From Paraspadella gotoi (lineage: Eukaryota > Animalia > Chaetognatha), in assembly GCA_051294375.1 (NCBI GenBank), contig CM119264.1, forward strand, positions 4,949,955 through 5,013,954: 64,000 bases of DNA, read 5' to 3'. The translations under genes were made by a program, and so were the position numbers. The notes beneath the pieces were generated by a model. It was not told the DNA's origin. It worked only from the letters and a program-made list of their open reading frames with translations, and ran no database searches. Every line of letters begins with the position of its first letter. Position 1 is the first letter of the stretch. Of this stretch, positions 42,274 to 56,335 are shown piece by piece.

Positions 42274-45200
42274 ATCTCTCTCTCTCTCTCTCTTCTCTAT
42301 TTGGCTATTCCAGAAACTTCGCCGGGTAGGAGGTTCGACTCATGGAGCTTTTCCGCGACTGAACCTAGTTCCCATCGCTGGGTTTTTTCAGTTTCCTCAT
42401 GATTGGTCATTTCGGAGACTTAATTGCTGATTCGATACCGCGGTGTTTAACTTTAAGGTTCGTTCCAAAACTTTCGATCCATTCAGTCACATTTCCTCAA
42501 TAGTTTCTGTTGGCTCGTTGAACGAGCTAACGTCGAGAACTGGTCGATTGGGTCTGCGATGTTTGGGGCTGCGTTGATTGGCGTGCTATCAATAAGTCCA
42601 TACCAGTAAAGAAGTGATAGTATTTTGCGGCTTTTGTCAAAAAGGGTCTTGCTTTTTGGATTGTTCTTTACAAAGCATGGTTGTAATAGTGCTTTTGAAC
42701 ATCGATTTAAATTTATTTATCAATTTAAATGAAATTTATAATATAAAGATCTTTGTAAATCAATTGCGTTTCCCTGCTTTTTCTTTGTCGTTTTAACTTA
42801 TAATTGAATTGCGTTTATTAGTTTCTTCTTTTTATTTTTTAAGAATTTTTTTTCGTGAGATCCTTACGACACCACTTCCACTGTTCCTTTGTTGGCTCTA
42901 CACCAAACGTACTTTCCTGCTCCAGCGAAGATGTTCGGGGTGAGAACTAAGATTAAGGACGCTAACTTGATAATTTGAAAGAGAGTTTTTGTCTTGTTAT
43001 CGAGTACTTATTAGAAAATTAAGTTTTCAATTATACTTCCGTTGTACGTTAGGCGTTAGGCCTTTTAATATTAAAATCTTGGGTTAAAAGGACCAATCAG
43101 GTCAGAAAGAAAAGTTGGAACCCTGGAATTGAGGTGGAGCGGCGGAGGAGCGACAGGGAAGCGGCAAGGAAGGGGCAGGGTGGGAAGGAAGGGGAGCGGC
43201 GGAGGAGCGACAGGGAAGCGGCAAGGAAGCGGCAGGGTGGGAAGGAAGGGGAGCGTCGGCGCTGACAGCCTGATTTTAATCATTTATGCAGGTCACGAGT
43301 TGAGTTGCACCAAGAACCGTAGTTTGATGATGATGATGATGAAGATGATGAGGATGATGATAACAATTACTTTTTTTCCATGATAAAGTGGCGATTTATA
43401 TGTGAAATTTGTGACTGCGATAAATCATGAGTTATTGCGCCGAAACTAACAAACTTTAAGGAAAAAAAAGGAAAAACGAAAATAAATGAGGGAAAAAAAG
43501 GTGAGTTTAAAGGTAAGTATTAAAAGAAAGAATGAAGGCGTGAATAAAGGATGACAAAGGAGCGAGAACGATTAAGGGAAAAAAACGACTGCATCACCGG
43601 CAATAAATCATTGCTTCGTAGAGGCTCTCGTTTGTTTTCTTTCGTCTCGAGTCGCTCGAGTTGTCTTCGTCGTCGTCGTTGTTGTCTTCGTCGTCTCAGT
43701 TGTCTCGCTCTCGTCTTGTGCTTCGTCGTCGTCAAGTCGTCGTCGGGGTCGTTGCAGCTCGAAGAAGAAAGGGGGGGACTGGGGGATGGCCGAAAACGGG
43801 TGAAACGGTGGTTGGGTTTTGCGTCGAAAGGATGAGAGAGAAAGAAAGGGAGAAGGAATTGAGAAGAAAAAAAAAGAAAGTAGGAAAGAAAAGAATAATT
43901 TATGTAAATAAATTAAATGATTAATATTTGAATGATAAGCTAGATAAATAAATAAAACGAGTAAGCATAACCTAGCAAGTTATAAACAAGCAACCGAAAA
44001 AGGAGAAGAAGAAAAAGGAAACCGAACAAGTTTGAGCAAACAATGTCGGATCCGCCCACGATAATTTAGCTTTTTCTTGGATGGACTGACTGACTGACTG
44101 ACTGACTGAGAGACAAACAGTTTCATTTTTAAAAAATAATTTTACGTTTTAAGATTTACCAAACAAATAATACAAAGTGTATTATAGAGTCGGAATAGGC
44201 GATTTTAAAAAAGAAAAATGGAAAAAAGAATAAAAAGAAAAAAAATCATTCACGGTTTTTAATTTAGGATTTTTTTTATTAAAAATCATCAATCGACAGA
44301 TTATGAATTCAAGATTGTGAAATAAAATTTGTAATTTACAATCGTCAATTCAAGATCGTCAATTCAAGATCGTCAATTTACAATCGTCAATTCATCATCA
44401 TCAATTTAATATTTTCGATCCAAAATTTTTAATTAAAGATCTTTAATTTAAGAATGTAAATCCACAATGGACGATCTAAGATCAACAATCCACAATCAAC
44501 AATTCACGATTGATGATCTCTAATCAACAGTCCATGATGTGCAATTCAGAATTCTGAATTCGACAGTCGATGATTTTTGATCGATTATAGAATCCGATAT
44601 TTAAGCATAAGAAGTTGCCAGGGCAGGCTATTTAAATGAACTGTCAGAACTTAGGATGTGATTATACAAAATAGTTTCTTTGCCAAGGATCCGTTTCTCT
44701 AATAAATGGCGAAAAGAAAACTCGTACAAGCGACAAGACCGCGGAAAGAAAGTGGCCGGTTTAGGTCAAGTTAAAAGAATGACCGGCGAGCTAATATTTG
44801 TCAATATCTGATAAATCTATATAAAAAAAATTTAAAAAAACCAACGCAGATATGCTTTCAATTATTCTACGGTAAGCAGCAGATGACATAATAAGTTCAT
44901 TTTCTTTTGTATTTAAATCATTTTTAAACATTCTTTCAGTCAGGGTTTTTGATTACAGTTGTGATAGTTGTTATGGTAGTTGTTTTGAGATTGATAATTT
45001 AGTTTTTATGGTAGTTTAGTTGTATTGGTAGTTGTGGCTATAGCGATTTTATTACTGTAATATTCATTATTGTTGCAACATGCATTTAAATTTTTTTATA
45101 AAAGAGGAAAAAATTAAATTAAACTATGACAAATTAGACAATTCCATCGGACCTGATTTCCAGTCTAACCACTAATTTTTTTACCCAAACACAAAATTTC

Positions 45201-48200
45201 AAGTCAATTGACGATCCACTAAAGCTATAGAAGGAAGGACAGATGGATGTATAGACAGTCAGACGGTTGGATGGATAACTGAACATCCATTCATACTATT
45301 ATTCATTTTTACAATAATACACAGTAAAAACTAAAAAGTATGCAATGAAAAAAATTTATCACCCAAGCCTTGGCATTGGCCAAGGCCTATGCAACCGAAA
45401 TAAATATTGACACATCCTTAGAAAAATAATATTCCTTAACCAACTTATCTTTTAGCATTTTGGATAAAAAAAAAGATTAAGCGGATTGCAAAAATGTTTT
45501 TGATTTTTATTTATTCATTATTTGTAAGCAAATTATAAAGCTGTGATGCTTGTCAAAATCGAGCAAAAAAATTAAAAATTAAAAAAAAAATCAAAAAACT
45601 GACTTATCGCGTAAAAATTTTCTTAACATTGGTACAATCATTTTTTTATTATCCAATAAATATTTTTGAGCATTTTGGGCATTGAAAGCTAAAATGAAGA
45701 GGATTCTAAAAATGTTTCCGGTGTTAATCTATATTGGACTGTTTTCATGTAAATAAGTTATTTCCAATGTCCCTATATTTTTATTTCATCTATATTGTCT
45801 ATCAAATATTTAATAAGTTTTCGCAACTTAGTAATGAAAAGTCGAGTTCAAGCATAGAAGTTCTCATCAGTTCATTCTGTCGTTGGACTCTGGACCTTTT
45901 CAAATTATCAAAATTTAAAACTTGATTTTGATTTTCTGTGAAGGACGAACGGAATTAGCCGATTGGCGATTCCGCCCTCGATAGTTCCGCTGACGTCTCT
46001 ACCAATCTATGTCAGTCTTCGTAGTATCTCTCTCTATCTATTTTTCTTACACATTTTTTTTCCACCAAAAAAAATCTCTAAAAGCTGACTGACTAAAAAA
46101 TAATCTTGCAAAAACTCACCGTACAACCTTCTTTCTTTTTGATGCACTTATATACATGGTTTTTAAATCGGAGTGAAACAAAAAGATTTGTTATTACTCT
46201 TAACTCAATATGATTGATAGTTGTTCATTTCATTAGTTAAAAAATTCCATGACAACTGGTTCGCTTGCGCTTTATTCGCAGCATTGAAAAAAATTGAGAC
46301 GGATTTGATAATTTCTTTTACATTCATTATTTCGAATATTGTATCATGAATAATGTCTTGGGAGCATGAAAAAAAATATCATTAAGATAGTTTAAGGTTT
46401 AGTGAGGTAACAGGCTCTTGCCACATCATTGTTCTTTTCCATTTTTTTTCTAAGCTGAAATTTAAATTTTCTAGAAGTTTTAACTATAATAACTAGAAAA
46501 TGAAAAGGGCTGTCAATGTAGCTGTGAAAAGTTTTAAAAATTCTGATTGCTCAGAAACATACTTTAATTTCTATATTTGTAAGAAAAACCCAAATTNNNN
46601 NNNNNNTTCATAAAAATATATCTTGCAACTATTTAAATACAAAAAATTTTCTCTTTTTAAATTTGACCATGGCATTAATGAGTACATAACTAAGAAACTA
46701 AGCAAGCTGGACGACAGGAAGATAAAAAAGAAAAAAAAAACGTCAGGGATTTTTTTACCAGGGTGCAAAATTTGAAGTCGCTATAATTATAATTTAGCCA
46801 CAGTATTTGATCTTTTCATTTCACTCACATTTGAATTCCGTGTCCTTATTTTTATATTAAGATTTAAATAATAAACTTCGCATAAAAACGTCGCGCCTTG
46901 ATTCAAAAACCTGACTTAGTTGTAAACAGAAAAATTTTAAATAACTAGTACAAAATACTATACAATACAATAAATTACAAATATAATTTTTAAAACCATT
47001 CTGATTTAACCTAGTTTGACGTTTCAAAATTTCATTAATAATTATTTCTATTTTTTCGTCACAAGTTGGCTTTCTTTTATTATCTTTTTAAAATAAGAAT
47101 TAATCAGCCCAATAAATCAAAAAAACGTTCTTGCAAGATTAAACAGCTGGTCTATTAATATACCATCGGAGTTTTTAAAAGTTTTTACAGATTGATAATG
47201 CTGAAATATGATTGCTATGATTTTTAAAACCATTGGCTATTTAAGACGCTGACGCAGACAGTCACGATGGCGCCCTTAAAAGACGCATATCCCGAAGTTT
47301 ACACAGTGGCTCCTTCTCAATGCAAGGAAAAGAAAAAAGGACAACTCTCTGACCAAGAAATAAAAACTTTTTTTGAGGAGGGATATCTAGTCATCGAAGG
47401 TTCTTAGTCCCCTCGTTTGTGAGGGAAGACGGAAATAAAATAAAATATCATAATGAATAAATGATATAGAAAACAAAATTGTTCCCCTTCATAACTCCCT
47501 CCTATATTACAGATTTCTTCCCTTACGATCTTTTGGAAAGAGTGAAAACCGCCATCGCTCTTCAAGTTGACGATTTGGCGAAACAACTTTTTGAAGCCGG
47601 GAAAATCACATCGCTTCATAAAGAAAAAGGTGAGAAAGAAAAATTAAAGAAAAAGTAAAATTAACCAAAAAATTTTTTAACATAGTTAAAACTTTTGGCA
47701 CTATTTGAAGCACTTTAAATCTACTTTGGTGAACGTAAGAGACAGAGAAAACGGGGATTCTTTGAGCCAGCACTGCCACGGATTTATTCTATTCAACTAA
47801 GTCGAATCTCGTTAAGGAACTTTTAGATATCTTTTCTCAAAAAGAATAAAAACATTTCGAATATTGATTTATTAAAATCAGTTCTTTTATATGGATTTTA
47901 CCTTTGTGCAACTGAATAATGGACTTTTTTGGCAGATTTTTTTCATCGCCTCTCAGCATTCGAGGCGGAGTGTCCTGGAGCTTGCATCATATTTATAAAA
48001 TATGGCCGAATGCCACCCGAAGTAGAAGAGCTATGGACTTATGATAAGCTACTAAACATTATGGAGCAACTTGTAGGGCCCGAGGTACCAAGGAGAACTT
48101 AAGCATCATTAAAACAAATTTCGGATAATCTATAACTACTCAACGCTACTACTACTATTTTAAAATAAATAATTATGGTTTTTAAAATTATAAGTTTATA

Positions 48201-51200
48201 CAATGTAGTTTGGATCAAACAGTGATGCTCGTAACAGAAGATGTTGTAAATAAACTCATTTTGGGCCAATTATTCAATTTAGTAGAATTTTTAAAGGCTT
48301 ACACAGATAAAAGAATAAACAATTTTTGAAAATTATTTTGAAGAACATTAAAGAGGTTGCCGGTACGCCTATTTGGAATCTACGACCCAAAGTTCCCGGA
48401 GTTCAAGCAACTGAAAGTACCTTGGCACCAGGACAACGCTTACTGCGATCCAGATGCAATACTAAACTTTAGTACCCGACAGCTGGATGCCAACGCAAAA
48501 AATGGATGCATGCAGGTTGTTAGAATTTGGTGTGATGATTTACAAGATACTAAGAGAGGTGTTTTTACCGTATGTATGTTTGTATTATTTTTCATTTTCA
48601 TTTTCTCCCTGGAGATAAAACAATAANNNNNNNNNNNNNNNNNNNNNNNNNNNNNNNNNNNNNNNNNNNNNNNNNNNNNNNNNNNNNNNNNNNNNNNNNN
48701 NNNNNNNNNNNNNNNNNNNNNNNNNNNNNNNNNNNNNNNNNNNNNNNNNNNNNNNNNNNNNNNNNNNNNNNNNNNNNNNNNNNNNNNNNNNNNNNNNNNN
48801 NNNNNNNNNNNNNNNNNNGCAGGTATTAAAAAAAATATTTTGTTTGTAGCCTGAATCTGGTTAAGGAAACTTTTACCAAGCGAAATATATACTTTACTAT
48901 TATATAAGGGAGTGGTCTTTTCATACAATTGAAACATTCTTTAAAATATTATACCACTTCATTGATAGGGAAGCCAGGTACTCTGGGAGTGAATAAACGA
49001 GACTGTGAGAGAGTCTTGATTGAAAGCTGGCAGGGACCAGCTATGTCATTATCTTGTAAGAGTGATGGAGGCCTTAAACCACCAAAGCCTGTCCAAAGTT
49101 AGGGGCAAGGTCGCTTATTTATTAAATGAATGGATAATTTTTAGATTGGTTGTACCAATTTTATAACGTGATTGATGTCAACGTCAGCACCATCAATTTC
49201 CGGTCTCATGACGCAGACGCACGTGGCGATGGTTAGTCGCCACATGTTGACAATCATTTTTTAGTCTTTTCGACTAACAGCGATTCACAATCACAGTTGA
49301 TACTAACTAAAATATTTATAAGGTCATCATGTTTTTGTCGCTTTGTGATCGCTATGTGATCGAGACGGAGGCGGGGATTGGTCACTAATCTCTCTCCCTT
49401 TTTTGCTCTCTTTTGTTTTGATCTTCCGCGATATCTAACTCTATTAACATTTCTTTGCATTATTTATTTTTTACCTTCATTTTCAAAACCGAGAACTTTT
49501 TAAGATTACAGATTTGATATCTATTAAAACCATACTTTATATGTATCTAGGTGGCACATGGTATGTAGAGTTATCGGAAGACACTATGTCTAAAGAATTG
49601 GGATGCGACTTGAAGAAGGACGTTGTGACATGCGAAATTCCTTTTGGTGGATTTTTGCTGATTCAAAATTGCATTCCACACAGGTTGTTCAAAACTTTGT
49701 TAATGTTTGAACATACTTTACAATTATTTTCATGGAAAAAGAAATATCTAATGAAATACCCATTGTGTCATGTTGTTATTCGTTAATGCCTATTAACCAT
49801 ATTTTTTAAATGAATGTACACTGCGGCGCATAGTAAACCACTTTCAAAGAGCGGTAAATTATTCTAGTTTGACATTCACTCTTGATATAAATGTAATATA
49901 ATGGCAATGGAATATGATATTTAAAAGGGTGGGAATTCCATTTTCTTTACATTTCTTACAAAATAGACAATTTTGATATTAATGAGGTTATTATATATGT
50001 GGATAAGTCGCTAAGTGGGCTGAAGATGACTATCCGTAACTTCTATAACCCCCTTTAGTAGCTATGGAACGGGTCCTGGGCTTGGAACCAGGCTTGAGGG
50101 GTTGCCACGCCCCCAAGGCGGCTTACGGCCGTCCTCACGCTTCCCGCAGGGTAGGTACTGGGTTGGGATTGAACCCGGTACCTAGTGGTCATGAGCTGAT
50201 GGCTTTACTCAATGAGCCACCGGGTCAGGACTGAAGGTGTCATGCTTATAGGCGGGGTGAACCTAGGCAATGCCCGACTACATATATAATATATTTAAAT
50301 ATTATTGAGCAAAAAATGCCGTAATCATTTTTAATCTATTATTCTTGGCATTTCTTGCAATCATTTTCATACAATTCATTTTCATACAATTTAAACATTC
50401 TTTGAAATATTATACCACTTCATTGATAGGGAAGCCAGGTACTCTGGGAGTGAATAAACGAGACTGTGAGAGAGTCTTGATTGAAAGCTTGCAGGGACCT
50501 GCTATGTCATTATCTTGTAAGAGTGATGGAGGCCTTAAACCACCAAAGCCTGTCAAAAGTCAGGGGAAAGATAGCTTATTTATTAAATGAATGAATAATT
50601 TTTATATTGGTTGTACCAATTTCAAAATCCCAAAGATGCATTGCAGTCTCAATCCCGGCAGTGTGTGCCTTTACAACAAGAACTGTCAAAAGGCTGCCAC
50701 TGACTATGATTATTAAGAGCTCGTTAATGTTTATTTGAATTGAATGTTGTGAATATGATATGATATGTATATGATAAGTAGACAGATATTTCTATAAAAA
50801 CATTTTATTACTAATATTTTACATGACAGGAGTCTGCCAAATATTTCTGACAAAATTCGCTGGAGTCTCGACCTTCAGATGGCGGATCCAAGAAAACCGG
50901 TCGGTTTTTTGGAATCAAAGATTGCCTTCCATTTGTTTCTGGGTGAGGACCTCACATTTTGTGGCATTTAATTTAAAATTAGATACTTAAAACATAATTT
51001 ACTTCTTTTGATAATAATTGGCAGATAATGAAATAATTTTCATTAAGATTTTCGTGTTTTTTTTGCAGAGGAAAAAAATTAAGCCAAATCTCTTGGAAAT
51101 CTTTTCACGCAAAAAATTATAAGGAAATCACAGAAGGTATTAAAAAAATAATATAATTTTGTTGTATTAACATTACTGTATTGTAATAGTGTAATGAGCT

Positions 51201-54200
51201 AACACTTTAAGTTCTCAACCCAGTCGGTACAATTGTTTGAACACAACCCACTTGCCCGTTTAACCACCGGTAGCAAGCTTACTGCCCATTCCGAAGTTCC
51301 AGACAAAAATCTTTTAGACCCTCAGTGTGCGGGGACAGAGGGAAACCTCTGTTCTCGCGATATTTGAAATTTGCTTATTCACAGATTTTTTTTTTTTAGA
51401 TACTCCTGAAAAAGTGGACAAAAAACTTGATACCACAATGGGAGGTAAATCATTCTGTATTATATAAAACTGTAAGATCCCCATTTAAATACTTTTCTTA
51501 TTTGATTATATTACTTTACTGCATATCCAAATATTATGTCATCTCTCTCTTTCAGGTCCTTGGATGAATCGATGGGAGATAGTTCATCACAATGTTCACA
51601 CACAATGGTTTAAGGAAACCACGAAAGAATCCATGGTGAAAGGAAGCCTTCTTCAATCTTCTTTTACCTTCTTATTTTTGAAAATATTTTTTAACTAATA
51701 ATTCATGCAAAAATAAATAAACAAGTTTGAGCAAACAAGTCGGATCTGCCTACAATAATTAAGTCATGACAAATCATAACAGACTTCTTAATAACTCTAT
51801 GAAAAAATATGTAAATCAATTGATCTTTCAATCAATACCAATACCAACCTTGCATTAATTTACTCAACTTGCATTTTTTGTTCAACTGGCATAATATGGT
51901 GAACTGACATAATTTGTTTAACTTGCATAATTTAATAAACTGGCATAATTTAATCAACTTGCATTATTTGGTCAACAGGCATAATTTAATAAACTGGCAT
52001 AATTTAATCAACTTGCATTATTTGGTCAACAGGCATAATTTGGTCAATTGGCATAATATGATAAACTGACATAATTTGGTCAACTGGCATAATTTGATCA
52101 ACTGACATAATTTATTCAACTTGTATAATTTTATCAACTTGCAAAATGTGGTCAACTAGCATAATTTTAACAACTGGCATAATTTGGTCATTAGCAGAAC
52201 TTCGTCAACTGGCATAATTTTATCAACTTGCATAATTTGATCAATTTGATCAACTTTGATCAACGGTTGGACGGACATCATTTTATTTTGCATAATTTAT
52301 CATAATTCGAGGTTCTGATATGATAATAATGATTTACCAACAAGATTTTGGAGTGGGACCGACGGACCGACAAAGTGAATTATAGAGTCGGAATCTGCTG
52401 ATAAGCAGATCCGACTAAAAATCTCAATGTTTTAGAATCTTTCATTTTTTTTTTTTTGTAGGTCAAAAAAAGAAGTACCTCAAGTAAAAAATGACAAAAA
52501 AAAATATTTAATTTTCCACCATTTTTGATATTTAGTTATGTTTTTATTTCGAATTGAGTTAGTTTTTTTGATATTTTTTTCTTAATTTGGGAATGCCAAA
52601 GGCACCGCATCTTAGTTTCATAAAGGGGGCATTGTAGCTTTCAGAAAAGAGGGAAAGACACGCAATATCGGCGGCGGGGCTGAAAAGAATCGCGTTAAAG
52701 GTATGGAAAGATATCCCACCGTCATACCTCTGTAGAAGATTGTAAGTCGCCTCACCTCAATTTGCTGTACAAAAGCATGCCCAGACAAATGCAGGTAATA
52801 ATCAATGCCAAATGATGGCAGACTAAATATTGAGCATGTTTTACCAATATTTTGTATATTTTTTATTCAATAAATTAACTTTTAACAATTATGTGATATA
52901 CTTTTATATATGTGCCAAATCCAGTAAAACGAATGAAATCATTGCCATAGTTTACTGCATCGAAAAAAACTTTTTTTTTTATTAGATAGAAAACTGTTTG
53001 AAGTTTTTTATGTTAAAATTTTATTTAAATAAATATTTATTAATAACTTGAAATCCTTTTTTTTTCGAAGACGTCAAAGTCACTTAATAATCGAATGCAG
53101 ACAGACAGACAGACAGACAGACATAATTCGATATTCTGACATGATCTAAGTGAATGACCAACAAGATTTAGCGGGCGGACCGACAGACCGACAAAGTGGA
53201 TTTTTGAGTCTTGATCTGCTGACAAGCAGATCCGACTACTAAAAAGTCCAAGAGAATGAAGTAAAAACAACTAAAGGGAAATCTAATATGTAGCGACCAA
53301 TTAATATTCTTTTGACATGATTGTCTCTCGGAGTGATCGCGTTAATTTATAATACGAAAAATAAAGAAAACAAATGTTTTATAGCACTTATTTGCCAAGT
53401 ATTGACAGGTTTAGAGCAATGATAACGTAAAAATAAAAAAATATCTTTCTTATTGATATATATTAGTCAAAATAAATTAAGTAGTAAGCAGATTATTTGT
53501 ATTAATATATAATTGGGACAAACTAACCGAACGACAGACCGACCGAAAAGTGACTCGAAGAGATGTGCGGCGAGTACTCTCGGCGCAACTCAAAAGGAAA
53601 CCATTTAGAAGGAAGGCGAGAGGAAAGGAAAGGGTTGAACTATTTGTTATTGTTGTTGTTACTTCCCAGGTTTTTTTCTGGTTCAGTCAAGCGAACGTTT
53701 GGCGTCGCTGAGGGGAAGCGAAGAAAGCAGGCGGCTCAATGCCTTTCCTGGCTGAAGTTGTGAGGCTGTTTATCACTGAATGAGAGGCAAGTCACAGGTC
53801 TGGTCACGGGCGATAGGGATTAGGCAATGGGCAGTGAAGGTAAAGGTTGGGAGAAACAATTAAGGATTTTGAGTTATGTCATTTGACGACAGTGATACTG
53901 ATAGTTTATATTTTAAGAGAGAAATTGTTAGTACTAAGAGATAATGAGTTTTCATTTAGGCATGCAAGTTAAAGAGTTATTTGATAAAAAAAAAAAAAGA
54001 AAGGCATGGTTGAAAATGTTTTATTCAACTGACAATCGGTTGGCAATATATCGCGAAAAAGAAAACGTGGCAGCCTGTCGTTTTGAATTTAATTTATTGT
54101 TTTCCCATTTTTGGTGGGTTTATCTATTTTTATTCGCGAAAGAAAGGGAGAGAGAGAGAGAAAGAGAGAGATAGAGAGAGATAGAGAATTTTAGTCAAGA

Positions 54201-56052
54201 ATGCGAAGAAAACCAGGTCAAAGACACCTCTGTATCAGTTATCAATACGTTTCCTCTCTACCCACAATCGTCCCTATATCCACGCCCACAGCCACGCCCA
54301 CCTCCACGCTCACCTCCAGCGGCCGCACCCACAACGCGATGTTCCCCTTGTCCACGTTGACGAATCTAAATACGAAAGCGAGGCTCGGAGTCACGTGACT
54401 TCCGTCCGTCACGGAAAAGCGAAAGGAGTCGGAGGTCGCGTCGCCCAGCGGGAGAGTGTGAACGTATCTTGGGGGTGGGAGAAAAACAAAAGGGAATAGT
54501 TGAAGGGTCGAACGCTAAAAAAAATTTAGGAAATTTAATATATAAAAAAATGTTTTTGCAAATAAACCGGAATAAAATTAATATTAGAGTACAAGGACGT
54601 GGGTGGTAAGAATTATTCTTTAATCACGTTAAAGGTTTATGCAATCATTTTGTACGCATGAAATTCCATTGAAAAGATGTACGACGGAAAAAAAGCCTGA
54701 CTTTTAAAAGGCTACTTTGCATTTATATATGCGCACATTTTCTCAGAGAGATAAATCTAAAAAAAGTTAAAAATAAAATGAAATACACAACGAAGAGACC
54801 TGATCTTTTTCATTTCGATGTCGTCTTGAGAAAAGAAATTTTCAATCTCCATATTTTTCCAGATTTCTTCTCCGAACCGAACATTTTTCGTTCCTCTCGT
54901 CGTCGTCTTCTTTTGCAATTTTCCTGCAGAATGAAATCGACTGCAGTTGTACGGCGAAGACAGGGGAATGGAGGTACTGGGCATCACTAGTGCCAAGTAC
55001 AGGGTTGGGGTAGTTTGAAAGAGTATCTAGAAACTTGTGCCAATATGTTTGGCAAAAAATGGTTTTGCAGTAAATCTCATTCGAACACACGCCGTTTTTT
55101 TTGGGTTTATTTTTATCATTCGGTACCGCAATTTTTAGGTACAAACTTCAAATAAATTTGCGATCATTATTAATAATTTAGTAGTACCGTTGATTGGTTT
55201 TCATTTAATAAATTAGCTATCTTGCCCCTGACTTTGGACAGGCTTTGGTGATTTAAGGCCTCCATTACTCTTGCAAGATAATGACAGAGCAGGTCCATCC
55301 AAGCTTTCAATCAAGACTTCCTCACAGTCTTGTTTAATGTTTATTGTTTATTAATGTTTATTTACTCCCAGAGTTCCTGGCTTTCCTATCAATGAAGAGG
55401 TATAATAATTCAAAGAATGTTTCAATTTGATGAAAAGACCACTCCCTTATTTTAGATACAAATATGCGTTACTCAAATGGGGAAATTCGATGCCATATAA
55501 TATATAATTTAAACGGAAGTTCGTGTGTTTTCAAAGAATGGCAGATTTTTATCTACCGTTTCAAACAAGAATCTCTTAATACAGAATCGTCGTCATCGTC
55601 TTTATCCTCGTCGCAACCTCGAGGTTGCCATCTTGTTTGCCATCTTCTGCCGTCAATGTCACTTCCGCGATGCCACACTCTGTCTCGGCGGTTCGACGGA
55701 GAAAGGGAGAAGGAGGTTAAAAATTTAATCATCCTTAAAAAGTTAAAAGAGGACGACAACAAACACAACAAGCAAGAGGAACGAGGAAAAAGGAGGAAAG
55801 AAACTGACAAAACAGTTTTGGGGAAATTCTAATTCGTATATATGCAATTGTGTATAACTGTATATAATTTAAGCTAAGTTTAAGCGAACACGGTCTTCCA
55901 AAAATCTTCTGTTGCCATCGTTATAATCTCGAACGCTTTCTTTTATTTTTATTTTTATTTCTTTTTTCTTGACCCGATGAAACTTTTTGCCTCGCGAGTA
56001 TCAGCCTCATATTTATCAACCTGTCTTTCTTTCTATCGTTCGTTCGTTTGTT

Positions 56053-56112
<60 letters not shown>

Positions 56113-56264
56113 TTTTCTTTCTTTCTTTCTTTCTTTCCTTCTTTCTTTCCTAGACACTTATCGAAAAAAATATCAACTGTCGTCGTGTTCATCGTCGTCT
56201 TCATTGTCGTCGTCGCCGCCTTTGAACTATTTCTCATGAATTCACCGCATGACTTTTTTGCTCG

Positions 56265-56335
<71 letters not shown>

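Noticed and set aside
50165-50224. tRNA gene
   Set aside because: A and B boxes are present, but there is no complete cloverleaf or acceptor stem; it is a SINE head.
50345-50590. Family A ORF as a GIY-YIG endonuclease tail
   Set aside because: The resemblance is vague, the start is not conserved between copies, and the RNA fold explains the conservation better.
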